Shown one piece after another: positions 24,808-33,083 of a stretch of 64,000 nt of DNA. The notes under the pieces are model-generated. The model did not search any database. It had not been told where the DNA came from and saw only the letters and a program-made list of their open reading frames with translations. The stretch is taken from positions 1-64,000 of the IMG/VR virus record IMGVR_UViG_3300048999_000166; one strand, given 5' to 3'. This DNA comes from a virus. A program made the translations under genes and the position numbers. How positions within the stretch are numbered: position 1 is the stretch's first letter; the number at the start of each line of letters is the position of its first letter.

Positions 24808-25491
24808 CTACTTACCCTTCTTCGTGGACGAACTGGACGAGGACGAGAGCCCGCGCGACGAACCGAACGAACCGCCCGACGAGCGGGGCGCGTACTTAGG
24901 AGCAGCCGCGGGAGCCCGTGGCGTGGCAGCAGGAGCCGCGGAGGGAGCTACGCGCGGAGGCGCCGGAGGCAACGTCGCGGGAGCCGCGAAGGCGCGCCCG
25001 GCCGGGGTGGGCAGCGGAGTGCCGGTGGCCGGTATGCCGAACCCGCCCCGCGTCACGTTCGATGAACCGGTGCGCTGCACGGTAGGCAGCGACGACACCC
25101 GCACCGACGAAGAGCGAACACCGACGGGCGGCGAGGCAGGGAACCTGCCCCTATCGATGTGCAAGGTCGAGACCCGCGCCGGTCGGGTAGTGACGTAGCT
25201 GGTGCCGACCGGGTATCCGACGTACACGACGTCCTGGTACGGGTCGCTGGCCAGGTAGGAGTGGTAGCGCCACCCGTAGCCCCCCGACCCCATCACGCCA
25301 TCGTCGATCGGGCAGTAGTTGTCCGGCACGCGATCGCCCTGTTGATCAACGCACAGCGCGGAGGCGTAGGCGGCGTTGTCGTAGCTCACCGGCGCGGCCA
25401 CTCGGTGGTAGTCGCTGCCGCAGCCGGACAGCGTGAACGCGAGCAGAGCGAGTAGCGGTAGTAGGTAGCGAAATGGCTGGGACTTGGTCAT
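24808..25491 (-). CDS. lipoprotein with Cys pair and low-complexity tail (DUF1190-like)
   Basis: Lipobox LSG-C; CVDQQ...NYC; RGGFG; Ser-rich end. Confidence 0.65.
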   Translation of the reverse strand: MTKSQPFRYLLPLLALLAFTLSGCGSDYHRVAAPVSYDNAAYASALCVDQQGDRVPDNYCPIDDGVMGSGGYGWRYHSYLASDPYQDVVYVGYPVGTSYVTTRPARVSTLHIDRGRFPASPPVGVRSSSVRVSSLPTVQRTGSSNVTRGGFGIPATGTPLPTPAGRAFAAPATLPPAPPRVAPSAAPAATPRAPAAAPKYAPRSSGGSFGSSRGLSSSSSSSTKKGK

Positions 25492-25655
25492 CAGATCTCT
25501 TTCTGAGGTTGCGGAGGTCGCGCTCGCAGTATGTCGCGGACGCGGTAGTGCCGAACTGGTCTAATCCCGTGGCGGGTGCACCAGACCTCGGTTGAGCCGA
25601 CGTGGGTGTGGCCGAGGTAGTCCTTCAGCTCCTCGAACGTCCACCAGGTCTTCAC
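25491..25655 (-). CDS. small HTH-like protein
   Basis: WTFEELKDYLGH...STEVWCTRHGI. Confidence 0.5.
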   Translation of the reverse strand: MKTWWTFEELKDYLGHTHVGSTEVWCTRHGIRPVRHYRVRDILRARPPQPQKEI

Positions 25656-25768
25656 AACGTCACCACCCAGATCAAGGCCATGAAGGCCGCGAACACCAGG
25701 AAGAACAGCGCCCAGAACTTGACCATCCACCACACATTCGCCCAGAACGTGTGCTTGGTGTCAGTCAC
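25652..25768 (-). CDS. small membrane protein
   Basis: WWMVKFWALFFLVFAAFMALIWVV. Confidence 0.5.
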   Translation of the reverse strand: MTDTKHTFWANVWWMVKFWALFFLVFAAFMALIWVVTL

Positions 25769-26453
25769 CGGAGCGCGCTCCCTCGAACTGTGTCGGGGCG
25801 AAGGTGCCGGTGCGCCACTTGGCCGCGCACCCGCATGACTTCGTCTCACCCAGGCGGAGCCGGCGGGTATTTACCCGGCGCTGGCGACCGCAGCGGCACT
25901 GGCACAGCGTCGTCCCGTTCGCGTGCGGCGCGTCGATCACCTTCCACCACTCGAACAGATCGCCGACCTCCGGCTCGACCACTCTCGGGTGGCCGGAGTA
26001 CTCGCACTCACCACACGAGGTGGTGGTGCCGCGCCGCAGGTTCTGGGTCTTCACCCGGCGCTCGGTACCGCAGTCGCAGCGGCACAGCATCGTCGAGTAG
26101 TTGTCGGCGCGCTCGGTGACGGTCGACATCAGCGTCCAGTGCCCGTAGCGGTTCCCCTCCTTCATCTCGGTGCGCGGCGCGCGGGTACCCGAGCGCGTCT
26201 CGTTCAACGGCCCGAGTTCGTGTTCGACCTCGGACAGCGAGAGGCCTTCTCCGCGCGCGAACGCTGACACCGCGGCCTGCCCGCCGTAGCGGGAGGTGCG
26301 GTTGCCCGCCTTATCGGCGATCAGCAGGTAGAGCCCGTACCCGATCGCCTGCGGGTCGCGGCGCCGGCACTTGATCAGCAGGTAGCCCTGCCGCAGCGCG
26401 GCACGCCTCAGCAGGTTCTCGTAGGTCTTGTCCTTAGTACTAAGTGTTGCCAT
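25761..26453 (-). CDS. protein with two tandem CxCxCG...SCG DNA-binding modules (as found at the N-terminus of phage HNH/AP2 endonucleases)
   Basis: GNRYGHWT...CRCDCG...NLRRG...SCG and GDLFEWWKV...CQCRCG...LRLG...SCGC. Confidence 0.7.
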   Translation of the reverse strand: MATLSTKDKTYENLLRRAALRQGYLLIKCRRRDPQAIGYGLYLLIADKAGNRTSRYGGQAAVSAFARGEGLSLSEVEHELGPLNETRSGTRAPRTEMKEGNRYGHWTLMSTVTERADNYSTMLCRCDCGTERRVKTQNLRRGTTTSCGECEYSGHPRVVEPEVGDLFEWWKVIDAPHANGTTLCQCRCGRQRRVNTRRLRLGETKSCGCAAKWRTGTFAPTQFEGARSGD

Positions 26454-26498
26454 GCCCGTAACTATACCCGTACGTGAACTCAGACGCAAGGAGGGGCC

Positions 26499-27908
26499 GT
26501 GCCTGAGCCGCCCGTGATCGAAGCACCCCTGGACAAGCTCACCGAGTTGTCCGAGCTGCGGGAGAAGTACGCGAAGCTGCAGAAGCTGCTCGCGCGCCAC
26601 GCCGCCCCTCGTCCGCGTCCGTGGCACACCTCCGCTCGCGAAGACCAGAAGATCCCCACCGAAGGTGAAGCGAGCGTGCACCTCTACCTCGCCGGTCGTG
26701 GCTGGGGCAAGTCGGCGACCGGCAGTAACTGGTTGGCCGAGCAGGCCGCGACCAACCCCGACACGGAGTGGGCGGTGGTAGCTCCGACCTGGCGTGACTG
26801 TCGCAAGGTGTGTATCGAGGGTCAGTCGGGCATCTTGCGGGCGCTACTGCCCGGAGAACTCGATTCGTGCAACGCCTCCGACCTGACGGTGCGGCTCACC
26901 AACGGCAGCAAGATCTATGGCTACTCCGCCGACCGTCCCGACCGCCTGCGTGGCGCGAACCTGTCCGGGGCCTGGATCGACGAACTCGCCTCGATGGTGC
27001 ACGCCGACGACCTCTGGGGTGAGAGCCTCATGCCGGCGCTGCGGATCGGTAAGCGTCCGCAGGTGGTAGTCACCACCACCCCGCGTCCGGTGCCGCTGCT
27101 GCGCGAGCTGCTGGCCCGTACCGACGGTTCCGTGCGCGTCGTGCGAGGTAAGACTTGGGATAACGCCGAGAACCTCTCGAAGGTGGCCCTGGCGGAGCTG
27201 AAGGCGCGCTACGAGGGCACCCGGATGGGGCGTCAAGAGCTAGAGGGGGAGCTTCTCGATGACGTCGAGGGCGCTCTCTGGAATCGCGACCTGCTCGATG
27301 ACACGCGGGTGGATCAGGTTCCGCCGCTCGTTCGCATCGTGGTTGGCGTCGACCCCGCGACCACCTCAGGGGAGAAGAGCGACTTCACCGGCATCGTGGT
27401 TGCTGGGCGTAGCGCCGACGGCCATCTGTACGTGCTCCAGGACGCGACCATGAAGGGCTCTCCGCGCTCCTGCATGGCGAAGGCCGTATCTCTGTACAAC
27501 CAGTGGCATGCCGACCGCATTGTTGGGGAAACCAACAACGGTGGCGACTACATCGAGAACCTGCTGCGCACCGTCGACCCGAACGTGCCCTACCGCTCGG
27601 TGCGCGCGACGCGCGGCAAGATCGTGCGTGCGGAGCCGATCAGCTCGCTGTGGGAGCAGCACCGCGCCCACATCGTGGGGTGCCTGCCGCAGCTGGAAGA
27701 TCAGATGTGCGCGTTCACCCCCGACTCCACGGAGAGTCCGGACAACCTCGATGCGCTGGTGTGGGCGGCCACGGAGCTGACCGTCGGTACGTCGGCGTTG
27801 ATCTATCTGAACGCGATCTCGGTCGAGTGCCTCAAGTGCGAACACGTGAACCCGAAGAAGGCGACGCACTGCCGCAACTGCGGCGCTGTGCTGTCTGAAG
27901 TCGCATAG
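26499..27908 (+). CDS. terL: terminase large subunit
   Basis: AGRGWGKS, LRGANLSGAWIDE, VTTTP, VGVDPA, PDNLDALVWA. Confidence 0.95.
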   Translation: MPEPPVIEAPLDKLTELSELREKYAKLQKLLARHAAPRPRPWHTSAREDQKIPTEGEASVHLYLAGRGWGKSATGSNWLAEQAATNPDTEWAVVAPTWRDCRKVCIEGQSGILRALLPGELDSCNASDLTVRLTNGSKIYGYSADRPDRLRGANLSGAWIDELASMVHADDLWGESLMPALRIGKRPQVVVTTTPRPVPLLRELLARTDGSVRVVRGKTWDNAENLSKVALAELKARYEGTRMGRQELEGELLDDVEGALWNRDLLDDTRVDQVPPLVRIVVGVDPATTSGEKSDFTGIVVAGRSADGHLYVLQDATMKGSPRSCMAKAVSLYNQWHADRIVGETNNGGDYIENLLRTVDPNVPYRSVRATRGKIVRAEPISSLWEQHRAHIVGCLPQLEDQMCAFTPDSTESPDNLDALVWAATELTVGTSALIYLNAISVECLKCEHVNPKKATHCRNCGAVLSEVA

Positions 27909-27920
27909 GAAGGGAATCCT

Positions 27921-28073
27921 ATGATCGTTCTCGGCGTGATCCTGCTGTTGATCGGATGGCTGACCGGGATCTCGATCCTCTACACGATCGGCGTGATTCT
28001 GCTGGTCATCGGGCTGGTACTGCTGCTGCTCGGCGGTATTGGTCACCCAGTCGGTGGCCGGAGATGGTATTAA
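27921..28073 (+). CDS. small two-helix membrane protein (not in ORF track)
   Basis: MIVLGVILLLIGWLTGISILYTIGVILLVIGLVLLLLGGIGHPVGGRRWY; RBS ggaaggg. Confidence 0.75.
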   Translation: MIVLGVILLLIGWLTGISILYTIGVILLVIGLVLLLLGGIGHPVGGRRWY

Positions 28074-28085
28074 GTAACCCACGAC

Positions 28086-28168
28086 GCGCGTCGTGGGCGG
28101 AGCGGCCGCCCAGCGGCCTGTAAAGCCGCCGACCTTGGTCATGCCTGGTTCGAACCCAGGGACGCGCA
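28086..28168 (+). tRNA. trnY: tRNA-Tyr(GUA)
   Basis: Acceptor gcgcgtc/gacgcgc, anticodon arm gcggc-ctGTAaa-gccgc, long variable arm, T loop ttcgaac. Confidence 0.9.
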
Positions 28169-28169
28169 C

Positions 28170-28245
28170 CGACGTGTAGCTCAGACGGCAGAGCACCGGC
28201 CTGAAGTGCCGGGGGTCGCAGGTTCAACTCCTGCCGCGTCGGCCA
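28170..28245 (+). tRNA. trnF: tRNA-Phe(GAA)
   Basis: Acceptor cgacgtg/cgcgtcg, anticodon arm ccggc-ctGAAgt-gccgg, T loop ttcaact, encoded CCA. Confidence 0.85.
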
Positions 28246-28246
28246 T

Positions 28247-28290
28247 GTGCTTCAAGCTGTCCAGTCTGGACAGCTTGAAGCACTTTCTTG
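28247..28290 (+). terminator. 17-bp hairpin terminator
   Basis: gtgcttcaagctgtcca/tggacagcttgaagcac then tttctt. Confidence 0.75.
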
Positions 28291-28319
28291 TTCCCACACA
28301 ACTACAGAAGGGGTGACCC

Positions 28320-30344
28320 GTGGCCAAGCGACGTCGGCGCCCGATGCAGGCGCAGCCCCACCCGCTGCCTCCGGCTGGCGATGACATGCGTCGTGTGATC
28401 GCGGAAGAGCTGAAGAAGGCGCTCGCGTTGCCGGCGGGGGCGACCGCGACCAGTGTCACGCAGGGCTACCTGGCCGCGCTGCAGCAGCGCAACGGACTCG
28501 CCTACGGCCAACCCGAGGCTTCGCTGACCCGCGACCCCTACGAGGACGTGAACTTCGGTCCGGGCACTCCGCTCTACCCGTCGCCGCTCGATCCCTCACT
28601 GCAGTCTGGCCGCCCCGCACCCCGGCGCTGGGAATACCCGGTCACCTGGAACCTGCAGACCTCGACCACCCGCTCGACGCCGTGGTCGATTCTGCGCGAT
28701 GCCGCCGACAACGTCAGCATCATGCGGGCCTGCATCGAGGTCAACAAGGCCGCGATGACGGGGCTGGAGTGGTCCTTCGGCATCAACACCGCCCGCGCGC
28801 GCAACCTCGCGCAGCGCGAGGGCAGCTCCGACCGCGCGGTGACCGCCGATCTCACCGACAAGTACTCGGCCGACATCGAGCGGCTGCACAACTGGTGGAC
28901 GAAGCCCGACCGGATCAACAACTGGACCTTCTCTGAGTGGATGGGGGCGTTGCTAGAGGACCAGCTCGTCCTCGATGCGGTCGCCCTCTACCCGCACCTG
29001 CAGCTCAACGGAGACCTCCATTCGCTGGAACTACTGGATGCCACGACCATCAAGCCGCTACAGGACTACCGAGGCGCGACCCCACAGCCTCCGTACGCGG
29101 CTTTCCAGCAGATCCTCTGGGGCTTCCCCCGGGGCGAGTTCAACCAAAGCCCGCCTGACCAGGTCGATGCTGAATTCATCTCCGCCGTCTACGGGCGCAC
29201 CGAGGGCATCGAGGCACCGACCGACTCCCTGATCTACAAGGTGCGCAACCGCCGCACGCGCGGCCCCTACGGGTTCTCGAACGTCGAACAGGCACTGCTG
29301 GACATCGATCTCTGGAACCGACGCTTCGACTGGCTGCGCAGCGAGTACACAGCGGGAGTTACTCCCGAGATGCTGGTAATGGTCGATACGACCATGACTC
29401 CGGAGCAGCTGCGGCAATACGAGAGCGTGTTCAACGATGAGCTGAGCGGGCGCACCAACGAGCGCCACCGGGCGCGGTTCTTGCCGGCGGGGTTCAACGC
29501 GGAGTATCCGCATCAGCACGACTCGAAGTACACCTCCGACTTCGACCTGCACCTGGTCCGATTGATCTGCGCGGCCTTCGAGGTACTGCCTACCTCGATC
29601 GGCTTCACCCCAAACCACGGAATGGGCGGAATGGGCGGGCAGGGGCACCAGCAAGGCGAGCAGGACAGCCAGCTGCGCCGCGGCACGAAGCCCACCGCTC
29701 AGTGGATCATCGACCTAATCAACGAGGTCTCGTTGAACTACTTGGATATGCCGCCGGAGGTGACATTCCGGTTCCACGGCCTCGATGACGAGAACGAGGA
29801 GCGCGAGCAGACCCTGCTCACCGGCTACATCGGGAACGGCCTGCAGACCCTCAATGAGGGCCGCGACACGCTCAACCTGCCGCGTTACGACTTCCCGGAA
29901 GCGAACCAGCCCTTCCTTAACACCCCGACCGGACCCGCGTTCCTGAACGTGAAGGTGCAGCCTACGCAGCTGCCCGGCAATATGCCGGGCGCTCAGCCGC
30001 AGGGGCGTACCCAGGGTCAGGGTGCGCCCGCACCGGTGCCCTCGCCGGCCAAGCCCTCGCTGACCCAGCGGACAGATAGTTCGCCAGCATCTACCGACTC
30101 CGGCAAGCGGGCCATCGTTTCTGACGACGACCCCCAGGCTGCAGCCGGTGGCCGCGACCCCGCCCGTTCAGTCGAGCGCAAGAAGTTCCTCACCTTCGCC
30201 CGCAAGGCCGGCGATCGCTGGCGGGACTTCACGTTCGATTACTACCCGCCGGACATCGCCAAGGCCGCTAACCGGCTCGGGGCGGCGGGCGACATCGAGG
30301 CTTGCAAGGCGCTGTTCGCCATGCAAGACGATGACGACGAGTGA
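28320..30344 (+). CDS. portal protein
   Basis: After terL; LLEDQLVLDAVALY, ELLDATTIKP, GFSNVEQ, ICAAFEV, TLNEGRDTLNL; low-complexity C-terminal extension. Confidence 0.85.
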   Translation: MAKRRRRPMQAQPHPLPPAGDDMRRVIAEELKKALALPAGATATSVTQGYLAALQQRNGLAYGQPEASLTRDPYEDVNFGPGTPLYPSPLDPSLQSGRPAPRRWEYPVTWNLQTSTTRSTPWSILRDAADNVSIMRACIEVNKAAMTGLEWSFGINTARARNLAQREGSSDRAVTADLTDKYSADIERLHNWWTKPDRINNWTFSEWMGALLEDQLVLDAVALYPHLQLNGDLHSLELLDATTIKPLQDYRGATPQPPYAAFQQILWGFPRGEFNQSPPDQVDAEFISAVYGRTEGIEAPTDSLIYKVRNRRTRGPYGFSNVEQALLDIDLWNRRFDWLRSEYTAGVTPEMLVMVDTTMTPEQLRQYESVFNDELSGRTNERHRARFLPAGFNAEYPHQHDSKYTSDFDLHLVRLICAAFEVLPTSIGFTPNHGMGGMGGQGHQQGEQDSQLRRGTKPTAQWIIDLINEVSLNYLDMPPEVTFRFHGLDDENEEREQTLLTGYIGNGLQTLNEGRDTLNLPRYDFPEANQPFLNTPTGPAFLNVKVQPTQLPGNMPGAQPQGRTQGQGAPAPVPSPAKPSLTQRTDSSPASTDSGKRAIVSDDDPQAAAGGRDPARSVERKKFLTFARKAGDRWRDFTFDYYPPDIAKAANRLGAAGDIEACKALFAMQDDDDE

Positions 30345-31026
30345 GGCGCGCGTCCGGGCTCTGATGGCACTCGCACGCGCTCACGTATCGAGCGTGACGG
30401 CGGAGCTGGCGAAGTTCGATACCGCCTCTCCCCTGAACGACCAGTCGGTAGCGATGTACGTGCTCACCAGCTGGTTTGCCAGCAAGGACGCGATATCGGC
30501 TACGCAGCTGCCCGAGGACGTACTGGAGGTGCTCGTCTCGGTCGGGGTGGACCGACAGGCGGCTGCCGAGATCGGGAAACTGATCCTGGACAAGCCATTG
30601 TCCGGGCGCTCCCGCTACGGGACTCCTTCGGCCTTCACCGGCATGGGGGCGCTGCGGCGGGTGGCGACCGAGGAGCCCGAGTATCGGGCGGCCTACCTGT
30701 TGGCTGCCGCTCGCCGGCTGACCGAGGCCGTGGCCTCGGACGACTACGCGCACGCCCTGGACAAGGAGCGTCGCTATCTCGACATGCATGTGAGCGCCGG
30801 ACGCGGACGTCGTGCGGCGGCTCGCAAGGTCGATGACGTCTCAGAGTCCGACGGACCACTCCTGGTGTGGCAGACCCAGCAAGACAGCCGGGTCGATCCA
30901 CGCTGCTCGATGTTGGAGGGCCGGTTGTTCACCGCCGACAACCCGCCCGACGGCGTCTACCCGGGGGCGGTGCATCCGCGCTGTCGCTGCTACGCCATCG
31001 GCTGGGGCGGCCAGCTGTTCACCTAG
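30331..31026 (+). CDS. minor head morphogenesis protein (Mu gpF-like)
   Basis: WQTQQDSRVDPRCSMLEG...PGAVHPRCRC. Confidence 0.75.
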   Translation: MTTSEARVRALMALARAHVSSVTAELAKFDTASPLNDQSVAMYVLTSWFASKDAISATQLPEDVLEVLVSVGVDRQAAAEIGKLILDKPLSGRSRYGTPSAFTGMGALRRVATEEPEYRAAYLLAAARRLTEAVASDDYAHALDKERRYLDMHVSAGRGRRAAARKVDDVSESDGPLLVWQTQQDSRVDPRCSMLEGRLFTADNPPDGVYPGAVHPRCRCYAIGWGGQLFT

Positions 31027-31049
31027 AACTCACAAGGGGAGCCCCTTCG

Positions 31050-33047
31050 ATGGATCTCACTTCGACCTTTGCACCAATTACCAAGACAGTTGATCAAGAC
31101 GACGGAAGCCTGCTCGTCTACGGGAAGGCCACCGACGACTCGCTCGATCTCGACGACCAGCGCTGCGATGCCGCATGGCTGAAGACCGCGATGCCGGAGT
31201 GGTTTCAGTGGGGCAACATCCGCGAGCAACACCGCGCCGATAGCGCCATCGGGAAGGCGATCGAGCACGAGGCGATCGAGGGGGACGGCCACTACATCAC
31301 CGCCCGGATCGTGGATCCGCTGGCGGTAGCGAAGACCAAGGCCGGCATCTTCACCGGCTTCTCGATCGGCATCAATAAGCCGAAGATCGTGCGCAGCCCG
31401 CGGGCCCCGAAGGGGTTGATCAATGGCGGCATGATCACCGAGGTCAGCCTGGTCGATCGGCCCGCGAACTCGAACGCGATACTCACCCTCTGCAAGGCCG
31501 CCCAGAGCGGCTGGGAGGGCTCCGGCGCCGACCTCGATCTCGATCGCGGACTCGTCCGCTGCGAGGAGCTACTGGTCGACGAGGAGGCGATCGCCAAGGA
31601 GCTGCGGGTCACCGTCACGAAGGGCGTCGAGCCGGTCCTCGACGTCCACCTCGACGGTCGTCCGTTCAAGTCCATGGCCGTCATCGACGAAGACACCGTT
31701 GACGCCAAGATCAGCAAGGCGATCGCGGAGGCCAACGAGGCGCTCGCGGACGCGATCTCCCGGCAGCCGGGCGAGGCGCTCAAGAACGCGATCTCCCCGG
31801 AGCCCTTCGATCGCGATAAGGCGATCGCGCTGGTCAAGGCGCTGGGCGACAACGAGTCCCCGGACATCACCGGTGCTGAGTCCGCGATTTCCACGATCGC
31901 GCGGCTGATCATCTCCGAGGCGCAGGACATGGCCAAGATGCCCAGCCAGGACTGCGACATCCACCTGCTCATGGGCGCGGTCGATGCGCTGCGGTGCTTC
32001 GTGCGCCGCGAGCGGATGGAACAGTCCGACGTCGACCCGGACGGCCCCGTCCAGATGGCGATCGATCCAGACATCGCCAAGGGCAAGTACTCCGCCGAGC
32101 AGCTCCGTTCGATGCTCAGCGCCGGCAAGGCGATGAAGAACCCGCAGGGGGAGCCCAGCTACCCCATCGGGGACAAGGAAGACCTCTCCAACGCGATCCA
32201 TGCGGTTGGCCGCGGCAGCGGCAGCCACGACTCGATCCGTGCCTACATCAAGCGTCGAGCGAAGGCTCTCGGCGCGAGCGACATGATCCCGGACAGCTGG
32301 TCCGGGTCCAGCAAGGCTGCCGATACCGACGTGGCCAAGGAAGGAAATCAGACGATGACCGTTGACGCCGCCGAGGCCCCCGACGTGGAGAAGACCATCG
32401 ACACCGACGTGACCCCCGAGGCCCCGGAGGCTGACGCTCCCGAGAGCGATATCGCTCCGGAGACCGAGAACAAGACCGTCGAACCCGATGAGGCGCCGGC
32501 CGAGGACGCCCCCGAGGGTGACGCCGCGCCGGACGTCGATAAGTCGGCTGGCGCTGACGTGGAGTCGCCCGATGTGATCACCAAGGGCGCAGCCCAAGAC
32601 GTTCTCGTTCAGATGTTCAAGGCTCTGACCGAGGAGGGATCGGAGGTTCTCAAGGCGTTGAGCACCGCTCTTCGCCAGGAAGACTCTCCGCTCCGCAAGG
32701 TGTTCCATGACGATCTGCTTGTCAAGTCCATCAAGGACGATCTTGACAACAAGGAGTCTGATCTGCGTAATATGATCGTGGACATCACGGAGGCATCGAC
32801 GAAGTCCACCGCGAAGGCGCTTGGCGACGAACTGGGCGCGCGGTTGGAAAAGGTCGAGGCGATGGCCACTCCCGGCGGACCGTCCCTGCGGCGGACCGAG
32901 GTTGAGCGTGTCAATGCACGCAAGTCCGATCTGTCCCGCGAGGTCATGCGCTACAAGGCGCTGGCGAACGCGTCGGAGGACCCGGATCTGCGCAAGGGCT
33001 ACACGCAGAAGGCCCTGCAGGTTGACGCTGAGTTGAAGGCTCTGTAA
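31050..33047 (+). CDS. prohead protease/scaffold fusion
   Basis: VYGKATDDSLDLDDQ, NIREQH, FTGFSIG, EVSLVDRPAN; acidic linker; helical scaffold-like C-terminus. Confidence 0.8.
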   Translation: MDLTSTFAPITKTVDQDDGSLLVYGKATDDSLDLDDQRCDAAWLKTAMPEWFQWGNIREQHRADSAIGKAIEHEAIEGDGHYITARIVDPLAVAKTKAGIFTGFSIGINKPKIVRSPRAPKGLINGGMITEVSLVDRPANSNAILTLCKAAQSGWEGSGADLDLDRGLVRCEELLVDEEAIAKELRVTVTKGVEPVLDVHLDGRPFKSMAVIDEDTVDAKISKAIAEANEALADAISRQPGEALKNAISPEPFDRDKAIALVKALGDNESPDITGAESAISTIARLIISEAQDMAKMPSQDCDIHLLMGAVDALRCFVRRERMEQSDVDPDGPVQMAIDPDIAKGKYSAEQLRSMLSAGKAMKNPQGEPSYPIGDKEDLSNAIHAVGRGSGSHDSIRAYIKRRAKALGASDMIPDSWSGSSKAADTDVAKEGNQTMTVDAAEAPDVEKTIDTDVTPEAPEADAPESDIAPETENKTVEPDEAPAEDAPEGDAAPDVDKSAGADVESPDVITKGAAQDVLVQMFKALTEEGSEVLKALSTALRQEDSPLRKVFHDDLLVKSIKDDLDNKESDLRNMIVDITEASTKSTAKALGDELGARLEKVEAMATPGGPSLRRTEVERVNARKSDLSREVMRYKALANASEDPDLRKGYTQKALQVDAELKAL

Positions 33048-33083
33048 CTCCTCCATTGATGTTCAATTAAGCAAAGGACAGAC

